DNA of 64,000 nt from Octopus sinensis (GCF_006345805.1 NC_043003.1:108128001-108192000), one strand, 5' to 3'; shown: positions 38,213 to 58,030, counted from the stretch's first letter. Program-made: numbers and translations. Notes: a model not told the origin generated them from the sequence alone.

Positions 38213-39468
38213 ATAAATAATGCGATTTTTAAAATCTTTTATGTCAAAATCAAGATAAACAAAGTTCTTTTTTAATCTAAAATATACTCTCCTTCATTTT
38301 CTACAATGCTCTTCCATCTATAGAGTAGACTTGCGAGGCTCCTCTTCCAAAATTCACTTGTCCTTGACGAAGAATACTTCTCTAGTACTGTCATGACCTC
38401 TTCTACATAATTCATATTATTTCCATCTAAATGATTTTGAAGACTGCCAAATAAATGATAATCAGATGGGGCAATGTCCGGTGAATATGGTGGGTTGGGC
38501 ATTATTTCCCATTCAAACTGCTCCAGCCTTTGGAATGTCATCCTCGCTGTATGAGGCCAAGCATTGTCCTGATGGAAGAACACCTTTCGTCTTGAAACCA
38601 AAGATGGTCATTTTTCTTCTTATGCTGACTTAAGCGGCTCAAGCTGCTCACAGTCGATCACCTTTGTTATCGTTTGATTTGGGTTTAAAACTGCAAAGTG
38701 GACTAAACCTTTCATGTCTCACTAAACAGATAACCACACCTTCCGTGGGTGAATGCTTCATTTAGCCTGGGTTCCTTTCTCTACTCACTGTTTTCGGCGC
38801 TGGACATTTTTATAGAGAATCCATATCTCCTCACCAGTCACCATTCGGTCCCAAAAGTGTTCATTCGTGAGACGTGGCAGCAAAGAAGAGCACACATTTA
38901 CTCGCTGCGCGCGATTAGACTCGGAAAGTTTGTGAGGAAATCACTGACTCAATTTGCTGACTTTTCCGATGGCACGCAGGTGTAAATGAATTGTTGAATG
39001 ACTAGATACAAGCTTCTCTGCTAGTTCCTCAACAGTTACGATGGAATTTTGTTCCACCGGACTTTGCAGGACGTCCTCGTCGAGCTCTACAGATCTTCCA
39101 GGACGAAGCTTGTCTTCTAGGCTGTAGCTTCCGGCTCGTAATTTCTCGAACGACCATTGACACTGGCTTCCGCTTATTGTCCGCTCCCCAAATACTACAT
39201 TAATATTCCTTGCACTTTTCTTTGCGTTGTTGCCTTTATTGAATTCATAAAGCAAATTATGCCGAATATGCTCCTTCGTCACCTCGAATATAGCTTTAAA
39301 AACATAACTGTTAAAATCAAACTGCGTTCTTCAAAACTTGCACTAAGAGTAAGTACAAGGTAAAATTACTACCTGTTTTTGTAGCAAGTTGATGCAGGTA
39401 GTTTATCCCGTCCTTCGACTTGTAGTTCATGCAATTGAAAAAACGGCATTATTTATGGGATGCCCCAA
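38213..39468 (-). mobile_element. mariner (DD34D) transposon, degenerate
   Basis: ORF 38941-39282 MTKEHIRHNLLYEFNKG...PGRS (HTH region); ORF 38272-38601 FHQDNAWPH...PYSPDIAPSDYHLF. Right TIR ...cattatttatgggatgccccaa+TA; only the inner part (ataaataatgc) survives on the left, next to GATA repeats. Confidence 0.93.
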
Positions 39469-40044
39469 TATATATATATAAACTTACTTGGAAAAGGATG
39501 CGTGGCGTTCGATCATATAATAATATAAATAATATATAAATATATGCATATGTATGTATACATGTATATATACTCCGCGCGGAGTAGATGAAACAGGGAC
39601 AACTGAAGAAGAGGAATAGTCTTTATGTTGTAAAGCTTGTTTCTCTTTGCTTTTTTCGTTGTTCGAAAAAAAGGTCGTTTCTATGTTTTTTGCTTTTATG
39701 TTTTCATCTCCCATTGTAATACGTTTTTGGATTTAGTTTGCAAGATTCTTTATATGAGTTCGTGTGTTGAAGCATATTCTGTTGTGTCTGTGGAGAGTCA
39801 TTTTCTTTTTGTGTCTTATTATGTAACACACTCACCGGAAAAATTTCCACGATTTTCTTATTTTTATTGTCCTAAAATTTTCGTTGCGTGTAAATAACGG
39901 AGAGTCAAAAGTATTGAAACGGTTGCACCGAGTGCATTGCGTGTGTAGCAGAAACAGTAGTAAGCTATTGATGCTCATTACATAATCTCCTGTTCCTTTG
40001 TCATTTATTTAATTACACACTCGTACACACATTCACATGCTCAC

Positions 40045-42245
<2,201 letters not shown>

Positions 42246-42688
42246 CATAATGATTTTATAGCCATGCCAACCGCCTTTGATATAGAAATGAGGCAGAATT
42301 GAAAAACAAGTATCATTTCAAACTAAACATAGCTATTGTTTCGAAGAATTTTCTGTTATCATCTCATCGGCCAGAAAAGATTCGTTCGGGAGGACAGACT
42401 TGTATTGAGGCAGTTCGTTTGCCATACTTGCCCGATTGTAAAATGGCGTCGTCCAAATATTCTTTACAGACACGTGCTCACACACGCGCTCAAACATATA
42501 TACACACATGATTGTCAAGGTAGGGAGTTTATTCATATTGGTGAAGGTTCGCTTGGTAAGGATAAAGCTAACTTCTACTAATTGTAACACGTTAGCAGAC
42601 CCTTAACTAACGAACGTTCTCATTTCATGGTTACAACTCTATTTTATATACACACGATTATCTAAATATGTTTATTTCTTGAACCACC

Positions 42689-45455
42689 AAATAAAATAAA
42701 ATAAAATGAAATAAAATAAAATAAAACAAAATAAGATAAAGTAATATAAAATAAAATAAAATAAAAAATTATAATAGAAAAAAGAAAAATAAAGAAAAAT
42801 AAAGAAAAACAATAAAAAAATTAAATTAAAAAAAATAAAAATAAAATACAATAAAATTTTTTTTAAATAAAAAATATTAAAAAATTTTTTTAAATAAATA
42901 AAAAAAATTTTATCTAAAAAAATAAAATAAAGTAAAATAAAATAAAAAAAATAAAGTAAAAAATAAAATAAAATAAAGTAAAGCAAAAAATAAAATAAAA
43001 TAAAATAAAATAAAAAATAAAATAAAGAATGAAATAAATATTTTATTTTATTCTTTATTTTTTTATTTTATTTTATTATTTATTTTATTTTATTTAGATA
43101 GAGAGAGATTGGCGAAGATTGGCGGAGATTGGCGGAGATAGGCGGAGATTGGTGGAGATAGGCGGAATAGCATTTTGGGAGATTTCCCAATAATACTGGG
43201 TGTCAAAACACCTGAGAGAAAGTGAGATAGAGATAGGCGGAGATAGAGTGAGATTGGCAGAGATAGGCAGAAATAGAGTGAGATTGGCGGTTTGCCGGAG
43301 TTTGCCGGAGAATGGCGGAGTTTGCCGGAGATTGCCGTAGATTGGCGGAGTTTGCCGGACATTGCCGGAGAAAGCCGGAGATTGTCGGAGATTACCGGAG
43401 ATTGCCGGAATTTGCCGGAGATTGACGGAGATGCCCGATAGGCGGAGATAGGCAGAGATAATAAAACAAAAATTTTTAATAAAAAATCAAATCTGATAAA
43501 ATTAAATGAAATAAAATAAAATAAATAAAAAATAGAAATAAAAAAATAAGAAAAAATAAAAAAATAAAATAAATAAAATAAAATAAAATGCAATAAAAAA
43601 AATTTCAAAAAATAAAATATATAAAATATAATAATAAAATAAATGAAATTAAATAAAATAAAATAAAATATAAAATAAAATAAAATAAAATAAAATTTTA
43701 AAAATAATAATAGAAAGAAAATTTTTTTTAAATTAAAAAAGAATTAAAATAAATACAAAAAATAAAGTTTTTATTCTATTTTATTTTATTTCATTTTTTA
43801 TTTTATTCATTTTATTTTATTTTTTTATTTACTTTTATTCTATTTTATTTTATTTTTCTATTGTTTTTTATTTTTATTTAGTTTAATTTTTTTTCTATTA
43901 TTATTTTTTAATTTTATTTTATATTAATTTATTTCATTTTATTTTATTTTTTATTTTATGTTAATTTTTTTTATTTCATTTATTATCTCATTCCTATCTC
44001 CGCCTATCTCACTCTATCTCCGCCTATTTCACTCTATCTATGCCTATCTCTCTCCCAGGTGTTTTAACACCCAGCATTTTTGGGAAGTCTCCCAAAATGC
44101 TATTCCGCCTATCTCCGCCAATCTCCGCCATTCTTTGCCAATCTTACTCTCTCCGCCAATATCCGCCAATCTCACTCTATCTAAATAAAATAAAATAAAA
44201 TAAAAAATAAAATAAAATAAATTATTTTTTAAAAAATTTTATTTTATTTAGATAGAGTGAGATTAGCGGAGATTGGTGGAGAGTGTGAGATTGGCGGAGA
44301 ATGGCGGAGATTGGCGGAGATTGGTGGAGATAGGCGGAATAGCATTTTGGGAGACTTCCCAATAATGCTGGGTGTTAAAACACCTGGGAGAGAGATAGGC
44401 GTAGATAGAGTGAGATAGGCGGAGATAGAGTGAGATAGGCGGAGATAGCGTGAGATAGCCGAAGATAAGCGGAACAGCATTTTGGGAGATTTCCCTATAA
44501 TGCTGGGTGTTAAAACACCTAGGACAAAGTGAGATAGGTGGAGATAGAGTGAGATAGAATGAGATAGGCGGAAATAGAGTGGTATAGGCGGAGATAGGCG
44601 GAGATAGAGTGAGATAGGCAGAGATAGAGTGATATAGGCGGAGATAATAAAGATATTTTTTTTAATGAAAAATTTAAAAATTTATTTTAATTTTTAAATT
44701 TTAAAAAAAATTTTAATCTTTTAATTCCTTTTTATTTATTTTTTTTGTTTTCATCTTAATTTATTTTATTTCATTTTATTTTTAAATGAAATAAAATAAA
44801 ATAAAATATAAAATAAAAATAAATAAAAATAAAATAAAATTAAGATGAAATAAAATAAAGTAAATAAAATAAAATAAAAAATAAAATAAAATAAAATATG
44901 AAATGACAGTAAAATAAAATAAAATAATTAAAAATAAAAATATAATTAAAAATTAAAAATAAAAGTAAAAATAATAAAATTAAAAACATTAAAAAAATAA
45001 AAAATAAATAAAATAAAATAAAATAATAAAAAGATAAACTAATTTAAAAAATTAAAAAATTAAAAATTAAAATAAAATAGAATAAAATAAAATAAATTTT
45101 TAAAAAATGAATTAAAATAAGATAAAATGAAAAATTAAATTAAATTAAATTAAATTTTCAAAAAATAATAAAAAAAGATAAAAATAACAAAATAAAAAAA
45201 TAATAAAATCAAATCAAATCAAAAATAATAAAATGAAATAAAATTTTTAAAAATAAAATAAATTAGATAAAAAATAAAATTAAAAAATAATATAAAATAA
45301 AATAAAAAATAACAAAGAAAAAAAATTAAATTAAAAAAATTAAAATTAAAATTAAATGAAAAAATAAAATGAAATACAAAATAGAATAACAAAAAATTAA
45401 ATTAAAATTTTTTAAAAAATCAAATTAATAAACAAAAATAAATAAAATAATAATA
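42689..45455. repeat. modular foldback array: (AAAAT)n/(TTTTA)n blocks alternating with GC-rich 10/20-mer blocks in both orientations
   Basis: GC blocks at 43095-43460 (+), 43984-44183 (-) and 44249-44646 (+), built from ggcggagat(t/a) and gatagagtgagataggcgga units. Confidence 0.9.
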
Positions 45456-45760
45456 ATATTGTGTACGGTATCTTCTTACAACGTAGCCCTTTACTTTCCT
45501 TAACAGGAAATAGAATAATTCTTGTAGCCTCAACCTCTATTCTACATTTCTTTTTTCTGATGATTTTTTGAGATATATAAATGCTTTCTCAAATAAACCT
45601 GCACTTCGTTTCGAAACCCCAAATGAAATGAGAACTTAAGTCGCCTTCCCGATTCAGTATGAAACCAATTTTTTTTCTATGAATAATATTGTGTACGGTA
45701 TCTTCTTACGACGTAGCCTTTTACTTTCCTTACCAGGAAATAGAATAATTCTTGTACCTT
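45455..45760. repeat. ~80-bp direct duplication
   Basis: aataatattgtgtacggtatcttcttac.acgtagcc.tttactttcctta.caggaaatagaataattcttgta occurs at ~45455 and ~45683. Confidence 0.85.
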
Positions 45761-46629
45761 TTACTTTTCTTTTTGAGAAAATTTGAATTTTCCAAAATTT
45801 TGTACATAGATGTTGAACGAAAATGAAATGAAATCGATTTATAATCAGAGATGATGCAGTTGTACCCCTTGCCACTCACATCTCGAACGACCACTCAACC
45901 ACTTCTGTGGCGGTTGGATACATATACGATTTTAAATTCTCCGGTTTCCCTTCGCTGTTCTTTTCTTCCTATCTTTATCCTGACTTTTAGAGGAAGAGTG
46001 TATACTCTAAAAATTAAAAACATTTCTTTCTTTTTATTTCATTTCCTGAGCATCAAACTAATACCACCTCTCTGTTTATTTTTCACCTCGTCTTTGCATT
46101 GTATTTTTCGTCACATTTGTACCACATAATCAGAGACGCTTTTCTACCACAATATGTACGAGTTTGGTACAATTTAAATGTTTTCCAGTGTGACAGTTCA
46201 TTTGAAACCGCGTGGTTCTGTTTTGTAAATACCAAGTAACATTGATTTTGAAACAATTGTTCTACCATGTAGCCAAGTCACATAGCCGATCAACAGCTAA
46301 TGGGTATTTATAGACAGACATTTTGACATAAATTTACTAATTTTTCCGTGAGTTGTACCTATGAGATAAATCAATGTCGAAAGCGCGTCTGTACATGATA
46401 AAAGAAAATAATGTTTAATTTCATAACGATTTTTACCTCCATTCTATACTTACCATAAAGATTCCTACAAATAATGGGAGAAAAAGAAGAATGAATACAT
46501 TTTCGTGTATACTGAAGAGAACATTAAATTTTAACTAGCACCGAACTTTCCTCTTACTCTTTAAAGCAATGATTCCATTTTAAGAAAAACAAGAGAAAAC
46601 TATTCTACTAAATAGAAGATTATACTTGA

Positions 46630-49950
<3,321 letters not shown>

Positions 49951-49989
49951 ATCTATGTGGGTATATATATATATATATATATATATAGA

Positions 49990-50115
49990 TACGACGTGCT
50001 CCTTTCAATTTCTGTCCATCAAAAGGCTATAGTAGAAGGCACTTGCCCAAGGTGCCACAGAGTGGGACTGAACTCGGAACCATGTGGTCAGGAAGCAAGT
50101 TTCTTACCACACAAC
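49990..50115 (-). mobile_element. SINE family A, 5' fragment
   Basis: Reverse complement of the head (cacttgcccaaggtgccac...gaaccatgtggt...cttaccacac). Confidence 0.85.
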
Positions 50116-50696
50116 GTCAACTATTTCAACAATAATGAAATAAATCGGTAGCAGTTCCTTGTGGAAGAAACACCAAGATATTTATTATTTACGAATTTTT
50201 TCAATGGTGTTATTTAAGATTAAGTTGTTTCCAAAATTCTACAGATGTTATTTCATTTTAGCCACTTGTAAATGTTAACGTTTGTGCAAAGTTTCTTTTG
50301 TAGAGACATTGGAATAAATACCAACAATGGGAGAAGTTACAATGAAAATGGAAGTTAACCGTTGTACAACAGCTGCTCTCTAGTATAATTGCTCATATTT
50401 TCTTCTTTTAGACATGTCTACGTATGCTGTGTATTTTACATACTTTTATGTTTTCTGTGATTCTGTAGCAGTTTGTAATTTGGAGCACTTGGTAACAAAT
50501 TTGCAGCTGAGCTAATCGACTGAGCATGAGTGAACGGACAAATGAAAGAGGCGCCCAACACATTTAATAGGAGTTGTGTAGAGTTAAAACTGTTTATTTC
50601 GGCTCCATGCAGCTTAGTTTCGTAGGCTTGTTGCAGAATCCTAGCTCACCGGTCTAAGATGGCGAAATGCGGAGAATGGAGGAAATCTCGCCTTCT

Positions 50697-50763
<67 letters not shown>

Positions 50764-50828
50764 CTTTCTCTCTCTCTCTTTCTATCTTTCTTTCCCTCTC
50801 TTTTTCTCTTTCTCTCCTCTCTCTTTCT

Positions 50829-51025
50829 GGAGTGGCTGTGTGGTAAGTAGCTTGCTTACGAACCACATGGTTCCGGGTTCAGTCCTACTGCGTGGCACAT
50901 TGGGCAAATGAGACCGATAGAATAAGTACTAGGCTTACAAAGAATAAACCTGGGGTCGATTTGCTCGACTAGAAGGCAGTGCTCCAGTATAGTTACAGTT
51001 AAATGACTGAAACAAGTAAAAGAGT
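50829..51025 (+). mobile_element. SINE family A, internally deleted, between CTTT and GATA microsatellites
   Basis: Well-preserved head ggagtggctgtgtggtaagtagcttgc is joined directly to the gagaccgatagaataagtact tail. Confidence 0.9.
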
Positions 51026-51051
51026 ATACACACACACACACACATACATAT

Positions 51052-51082
<31 letters not shown>

Positions 51083-51083
51083 T

Positions 51084-51183
<100 letters not shown>

Positions 51184-52299
51184 AGGGGGAGGGAGACAGT
51201 GAGATATGAGCTGTGATGCACGGAGAAAGATATAATGGAGTGGTTTCCGTTTTTTTTTCTTACTTGCTTTCACTTAGGGTGATTGAGTTAAGATTGAGTT
51301 TAACGATACGATGACCTTCATTGCCTTCAAATAGCAGACTTTACTACATCTAGTAACATTTACAATAACGTTGACATACACATTCAAATTAAGCAGACTT
51401 CATCATGGACATAGAACACTGCTGGCGAACAGAAACGAATCCGGACTGCTAAGAATTTGGCCAGAAGCTCGCATATCTTTCGAGCATCTTGATACATAAA
51501 CATTGTTACATAATCAGGAATTCGCATGTGAAGGAAAACTTGCAAATGATAAATGAAGCTTTCGTAAACCTGAAATTCAATGCTTCATGATTGCGCATGA
51601 AAAAATATGATATTAAATGCGAATGCTTAAAGTTGAATATGATTTTTCTTTGAGTAAATATCCTTAGGTCATTCTTTTCAGTGTATGGAATATTTTATAG
51701 ATTTCTTAAATGCAAAATCTCAGATTTTAGTAGATGTAATATAGCATTGCATAATGTTTATGGCTTTCTCAAAGGAATGGTTAGGGTAAGTGAAGTAAAA
51801 GACTCGATTTTATCTTTATTATTGGTATACTCTATTGTATGTGGAGCAGAAGAAAATGAAAATGAAAAACAAGAAATTATTCCATTTTATATCTTGCCTC
51901 TGTGAAAAATAAGATCCCTATTTATAGGTTTCCAACAGGCCAACCAATGCTCTTCTGCATTTTACGGTGACGAAAAATATAACAATATCACTATATAATA
52001 AATATCACAAACAATTTTTTGTTTAACACACCGATTTATTAACAATTTCTCTCCGATATGGGCACAGTAGTATATATGACATACATACATATACACTCAC
52101 ACACACATACATACACACATACGTATATACATATACATACATAACATATATACATACATAATATATATATAATTATATATACACGTATGTACATATATGT
52201 ATGTATAAATATACATATACATACATGAATACATGCAAACATACACGTATGCAAATGATCAAACATATATATATATATATACACACATATATATATGTA

Positions 52300-52505
52300 T
52301 ACACATATGGTGGAATCGTTATTGCGTCGGGAAATATGTTTACCGGTATTTCTTCCGGCTTGTTATGTTCCAAATTCAAATACCGCCAAGGTCGACTTTG
52401 CCTTTCATCCTTTCGGAGTCAATAAAATAAAGTACCATTTGAGTACAGGGCCCAATAGCATCCCCTTTATCCTAAAGTTACTGGCCTTGTGCGAAGATCT
52501 GAAAC
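52300..52505 (+). mobile_element. SINE family B
   Basis: caaattcaaataccgccaaggtcgactttgcctttcatcctttcggagtc. Confidence 0.82.
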
Positions 52506-52574
52506 AATTATACAAACACACACACAAACACACACACGCACTCACACACACAAACACACACACACACACACACA

Positions 52575-52895
52575 GGCGCAGGTATAGCTGTGTGGTAAGA
52601 AACTTGCTTCCCAACTACATAGTTCCTGGTTCAGTCCCACAGCGTGGCACAGTGAGCAAGTGTCTTTTAATATAGTTTCGAGACGACCAAAGCCTTGTGA
52701 GTGGATTTGGAAGACGGAAGCTGAAAGAATCCTGTCGTGTGTGTGTGTATTCCCATCCCCTCCACCATCACTCGTTCGGCAAAGAAGATCGATAGAATAA
52801 GTACTAGGCTTACAAAGAATCAGTCCTGGGGTCGATTTCTTCGACCCTATGAGGCGGTGCTCCAGCATGGCCGCAGTCGAGTGACTGAAACAAGT
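52575..52895 (+). mobile_element. SINE family A
   Basis: Head, body and tail motifs as in the other copies. Confidence 0.9.
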
Positions 52896-53394
52896 AAAAG
52901 AATATGTATGTATATGTGTATATGTATATATGTATGTATGTGTGTGTGTAAGTGTTTGTGTATGTGTTTGTGTATGATTATACGTAGATATGTATGCATG
53001 CAACAGGCTTTCAAACTGTCTGTTTAGAAATATATTTTAAAGAAGCCTTTTAACCCTTCATCGTTGGACAACAAATTGGCAACACACAGGCAAAATCCAC
53101 TCAAACACGAAACACTTTTACAGTAGAAGGCACTCTAGAGCTTTTTCATAAGTAAACATGTCTATGCCTTTAGTTATTTTTACAGATAGATTCACGAGAT
53201 CAACAAGAAAATACACACACAAGCCAACAAGTTTTTCAATTCTTCTAGCCTCCACCAAAACAGAACTATAAAAAAAAAAAACATTTAACCGTGACATCAA
53301 TATATAGAAAAATAATTCGATAAATACAAAAAAAAAGTTAATCTAGTCAAAAATCACACTTGACCTTAATTAGATTTAAATTTAGGTTTCGAAT

Positions 53395-53670
53395 TCGGTT
53401 TAGTGGTTGGGGTATTCAGCTCATGATCGTAAGGTTGTGATTTCGTTTCCCAGTGGCGCTTTATTTAACGTTGGTTCAGTTCATTCAGCTAACAAAAATG
53501 AGTTGAGCTTGTGATTCAAAGGGCCAGAATTCTGTGTCACGCTGAATCCCTCTGAGGACTAAGTGAATGATACGAGTGTTTTTGGATCGCTTAGTCACAT
53601 GCACGTTAACTTCACGAGCAGGCTGTTCCGTCGATCGAATCAATCGGTACTCTCATCTTTGCAACCGACG
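53395..53670 (+). mobile_element. diverged tRNA-derived SINE (further family)
   Basis: tRNA-like head tagtggttggggtattcagctcatgatcgtaaggttgtg; body partly similar to 13110-13230. Confidence 0.5.
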
Positions 53671-53984
53671 GAGAGACAGCAAAAGCAAAATAACAATGAA
53701 ATTAATTAAAAATACGCATCACACAACAAATTCAAAGAAAATGTACGCCAAACCACAAAAAAAGTTAGCAACGAGGATGCACAAAAAAGATAGCTCATTC
53801 CAAAATGCAATATGTAAACCAGTGAAGTGGTACATGAAGAAACAAACCGAAAAACACAGCAGAGGATTTTAGACACACCAACGGAGAGAGCTGTAATAGT
53901 TCCCGCTAAATCAAGGTGGCGTTCACACTCGAAACTTAAGATGAAACAGACATTTTCAATAACTATACATACATGCATATACAT

Positions 53985-53995
53985 TTATACAAGCA

Positions 53996-54037
<42 letters not shown>

Positions 54038-54184
54038 TATGTGTATGTGTATATATGTATGTATGTATGTATATACATACATACATACATATACGTTCAT
54101 ACACATACTTATATATGTGTATGTGTGTGTGTGCGCGCCTATGTCTTCGTGTCATTTGTATTTTCGTGGCATATATATGTATGC

Positions 54185-54242
<58 letters not shown>

Positions 54243-54383
54243 CATATATATTATATATATATATATGTATGTATGTATATATATATACATATATATATAT
54301 ATACATATAAATACATATATATATATATATTATGTATGTATGTATATATATATATATGTATATATATATACATATACATATAC

Positions 54384-54476
<93 letters not shown>

Positions 54477-54885
54477 GTTATCCATTGTCTGTGTAGAGTC
54501 ACAAGTAATAATGTGTTATTTTTAGGAGAATAATTTCATTTTATTGATTATTCAGTGTCACTTGACCCTCTCAACAGATTAAACAGTCGTAAAATCTTTG
54601 TTAGAACTGTCCTGATTCGTATTTACTTTTTTTATTGTGTTGTTTTTTATTTATCTATATTTATATATTTATTTTGGGGTTTTGTTTTTTATTTATTTGT
54701 TTAGATTCTAATTGATTCTTATAAAAAAAAGGGAAATGTGATGAGATTGGCACAAAATTTCAGCTTGCCAAAAAGCCTTGTTTTAAACATTTACACGAAC
54801 ACACACACACACACACACACACATACACACACACACACACACACACGCGCACACACCCACGCACGCACGCACGCACACACACACA

Positions 54886-54916
<31 letters not shown>

Positions 54917-54940
54917 ATCGTATATATATATATATACATG
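53985..54940. repeat. TA and CA microsatellite blocks
   Basis: Directly visible at ~53985-54480 and ~54800-54940. Confidence 0.92.
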
Positions 54941-55621
54941 AATAATAAAATATAAGATTGTATCATAATTCTTTTTTGGAACAGTGGATATCCAAGCACA
55001 TAAAGCTATATATAAATAAGCTGTAGATATTGAGTTGAAAACCCCTGTAGATAGAAAAAAGGGTCGAAGGCAGCCCACGGGACACGAACCCCTATTTTCC
55101 TTAAGCATGGCATGTGTTCTATCATTGCAATCCTTCGCTTTTCTTTATCCATTTTAGGACCTTCACTCTTACAATCGAGAATTCTATGCTGTTGACGTAT
55201 TTTAATGTTTCAATGTTAAATGTACAGATACACAAGTGTTTTTATAGTATAATAAAAAAAAAACGTATCGACAATGAGGATTTCAATTCTTCGATCAGCT
55301 GACCTACCTAGTATCGAAAGTGTATACAGTGTATCGAAGTATAAGTAACCCAGTACTCCGCAGACACGTCTACTCTTAAAGTATTTCTCGAGCAGAATCA
55401 GCGTGTCAGACTATTAGACTAAGCTAGATTTTTTTTCAATTAAGTGTACAGTCTTCACTCAGCAGGCTTCCTCTCAGATTCATCTTGCCAATTTCTTTCA
55501 CAGAGCTTTCGTCGATGGTGAAAGGTAAAAGGTACATGTCTAAGATACCAGGCAGTGGATTCGAAACGGGGCATCATGGTTGCAAAGTAAACTTCTTAAC
55601 AACTCAGCTATATCTATGTTC

Positions 55622-55666
<45 letters not shown>

Positions 55667-56039
55667 TCTTTCTCGCTGTCTTTCCTCTAATTCTCTCTCT
55701 CTCTTACTCTCCCTCTTACTCTCTATTTTTCTCTCCCTCTCTATTTTTCTCTCTCTCTCTTCCTCTCTCTCCCCTTCTCTCTCTCGCTCTTTTATGCACA
55801 CGCATACAAAAAGATATTGACGGTAGTGGGGGGGGAGTGATGGTAGTGGATCTCCGTCGTTCGACGATGAATATTCAGTTGTTTGATCAACTGAATTATC
55901 TGCACCTGAATTAATGTGATGGTAATTGAGCATCCCATAGATACATCTACTCGAGACATAAGACTCAGGTGGAACCAACGTGGTTCAAGGCTTGACAAAA
56001 CTGTACTTTTGGAATTACAGGAAATATCCAACGACAGAC

Positions 56040-56170
56040 CTCTATAAAGTTTCCGTCTATCCAATTTCACTCCCAAAGTACGAGTCGACTCGAGGATATA
56101 GAAAATTACATCTCTCTAAGATATCACGTAGTAAGATCGAACCTTGGACTTTGTGGCAATGAAGCGAGCT
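56040..56170 (-). mobile_element. old SINE family A fragment
   Basis: gtttccgtctatccaatttcactc...cgaggatatag...gaaccttggactttgtgg resembles the reverse complement of the head and body. Confidence 0.6.
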
Positions 56171-56879
56171 TCTATAAACTTTCAGCCATACTACACCCAT
56201 ATAGAGACGTTAAAACGAAAACCGTAACGTATTCTTTATGCGTAAGTATTAAACGCATACATATGTATATGTCTGAGAGTTTCATGTCATCATGTATGAA
56301 TGTATGAGCACATCCGCACGCCCATGCACTCATACGCTCAACACTCATATGCATCAAGAGCCGTGTGTTTGTGTGTGTGTGCGTGTTTGTGTATGTGTAA
56401 GCGTATGTGTGCGTGTGTATGTCATTCTTTCCTCTGCGAGTGTGTGCGTGCATGTGTGTGATATTTTAGTTAAATTTAACATTCAGGTCAATTTTTCAAA
56501 ACCAACAAGTTTTAAAATATTTAAATAAAAAATAAATACTTTTTTAAATTTTTTTCATTATTTGCGGCAGTTTATTTTCAGAAATCAATTACGGAGAAAT
56601 CTTACTGGGTTTCTAAGATTTCATTATTTGCATATTTTCTACATATATGAAGCAATTTTCTATCAAAAAAAATATTCACTGAACACTTAGAAGAGAAGAG
56701 GTGGTTGCAAAAACGGCAGGTGGGAAAAATTAGAACCAATCAAAAACAGAACAAACTTATGGAGAGAGAGAGAAATAGTTGCTATGGTTACCTGCATATT
56801 TACTAACACTGCTTTTACAAAATTCAAATGGGTTTTATTTTACCGGGTAAGAGAAGCAGGAGGTAGTGGTATCTATTAG

Positions 56880-57035
56880 GAGCATTGAAGCCGTGGTTCA
56901 ATGTTTCACTTATAGACAGGTCTTATATTTTATGGGAGGGATCCAGCCGATATCATCGACCCCGTGGTACAACTGGTATTTATTTCATCGTCTCGAAAGT
57001 ATGAAAGGTTGTCAGCCACGGCGGAACTTGAACAT
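56880..57035 (-). mobile_element. old SINE family B fragment
   Basis: atcgaccccg...actggta...gaaaggttgtcagccacggcggaacttgaac. Confidence 0.65.
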
Positions 57036-57199
57036 TTTTGAGTGGGAAATTAGACTGTTTGAGTTGTAATTTGTAGAAGGATGTGCCACTCAAGAGGTAA
57101 GTGTCAGATACCACTCAAGTTTTTTTTTATTTTGGTGGTGGTGGTAGGGATGAGATTGAGACACAGTTGATGCTAAAGAACTGAAGGAACTGTTTATGT

Positions 57200-57620
57200 A
57201 TGTATGACCATTTAGCTGGCGTGAATTGCTATAGACTGTAGTAAGCATTGCATACTAATTTTGCAGTGGGTAGTTGTGATAAAACTGTGGTAAGATGAAC
57301 GAATAGGTGAAGTAATGGATGCTTTGGTAGTGATAGGATTTGAAGTTGAGAATAAAGTCAAAAGTACTTGGAGATTTTGTGTTTAGTTTAAAGATTTTGT
57401 AATGGATGCAACTAATATATCTAAAGAGTTGAGGATTGCGAACAATTCGATTTCTTCACTGGTGGCACCAATATGGGTTAAGTATGAGAACCAAAAAGAG
57501 TAGTGAGGTTTAGGCCAATGAGGACAATGAATTCAGCGAAGAATCGAAAGGGATAAATGTTCTCAATATAAGAAGAGGTGTGATCAAGTAGCTGATGGTT
57601 AGGGTTTCAAAAACAGTAGA
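57200..57620 (-). mobile_element. heavily degenerate Penelope-type RT remnant
   Basis: By-eye fragments IGATSEEIELFAILNS and ITT..IHY...THCKISM resemble the PLE RT motif order; many indels. Confidence 0.4.
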
Positions 57621-57701
57621 GTAAGCAGTTCTATTTAAAGGAATAGAGTGCTGTAGGAGATAAGTGGGTGTCTTTGACGCTATTTTCCAGATGATATAGA
57701 T

Positions 57702-58030
57702 AAGGGGTTCTCAAACATTTGTTATCTATGGACTCTTTTATTAATATCTTATTCTGGTGGACCCCCATAGCCATCCGATGTTTTAAAACTAGCTTTATAG
57801 AAACTTCTTTCAAAATTCTTATTTTGTTTTTCTCACATTAATTTGTATATGTTGAACTATGTAAAACAGAGAAAGAAAGCTAGCTGGGGTTTTTTGCAAT
57901 ACATACCAATGCATACACCTAAAGCAAAAATTTTGAAATACTGTTGTGGTTCTCCAGTTTACTATTTTCTTGTGTGGATCCCGAAAAATCTTATATGGAG
58001 CCTCAGCAGCTATATGGTTGAGGACTATTG
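57702..58030. mobile_element. hAT-type MITE with an 8-bp target-site duplication
   Basis: ATATAGAT flanks both sides (57694-57701 and 58031-58038). Degenerate TIRs aaggggttctcaaac / ggttgaggactattg resemble hAT/Charlie-type cagtggttctcaa ends. Confidence 0.75.

Noticed and set aside
43090-43608. 172-aa ORF with SP/LR periodicity
   Set aside because: Arises from the 10-bp GC repeat and the AT pentamers; a 10-bp period is not codon-preserving.
53973-54533. 186-aa IYIY ORF and many similar ORFs (YI, HT, VC, poly-L/T/V) across the window
   Set aside because: Microsatellite translations with no domain content.
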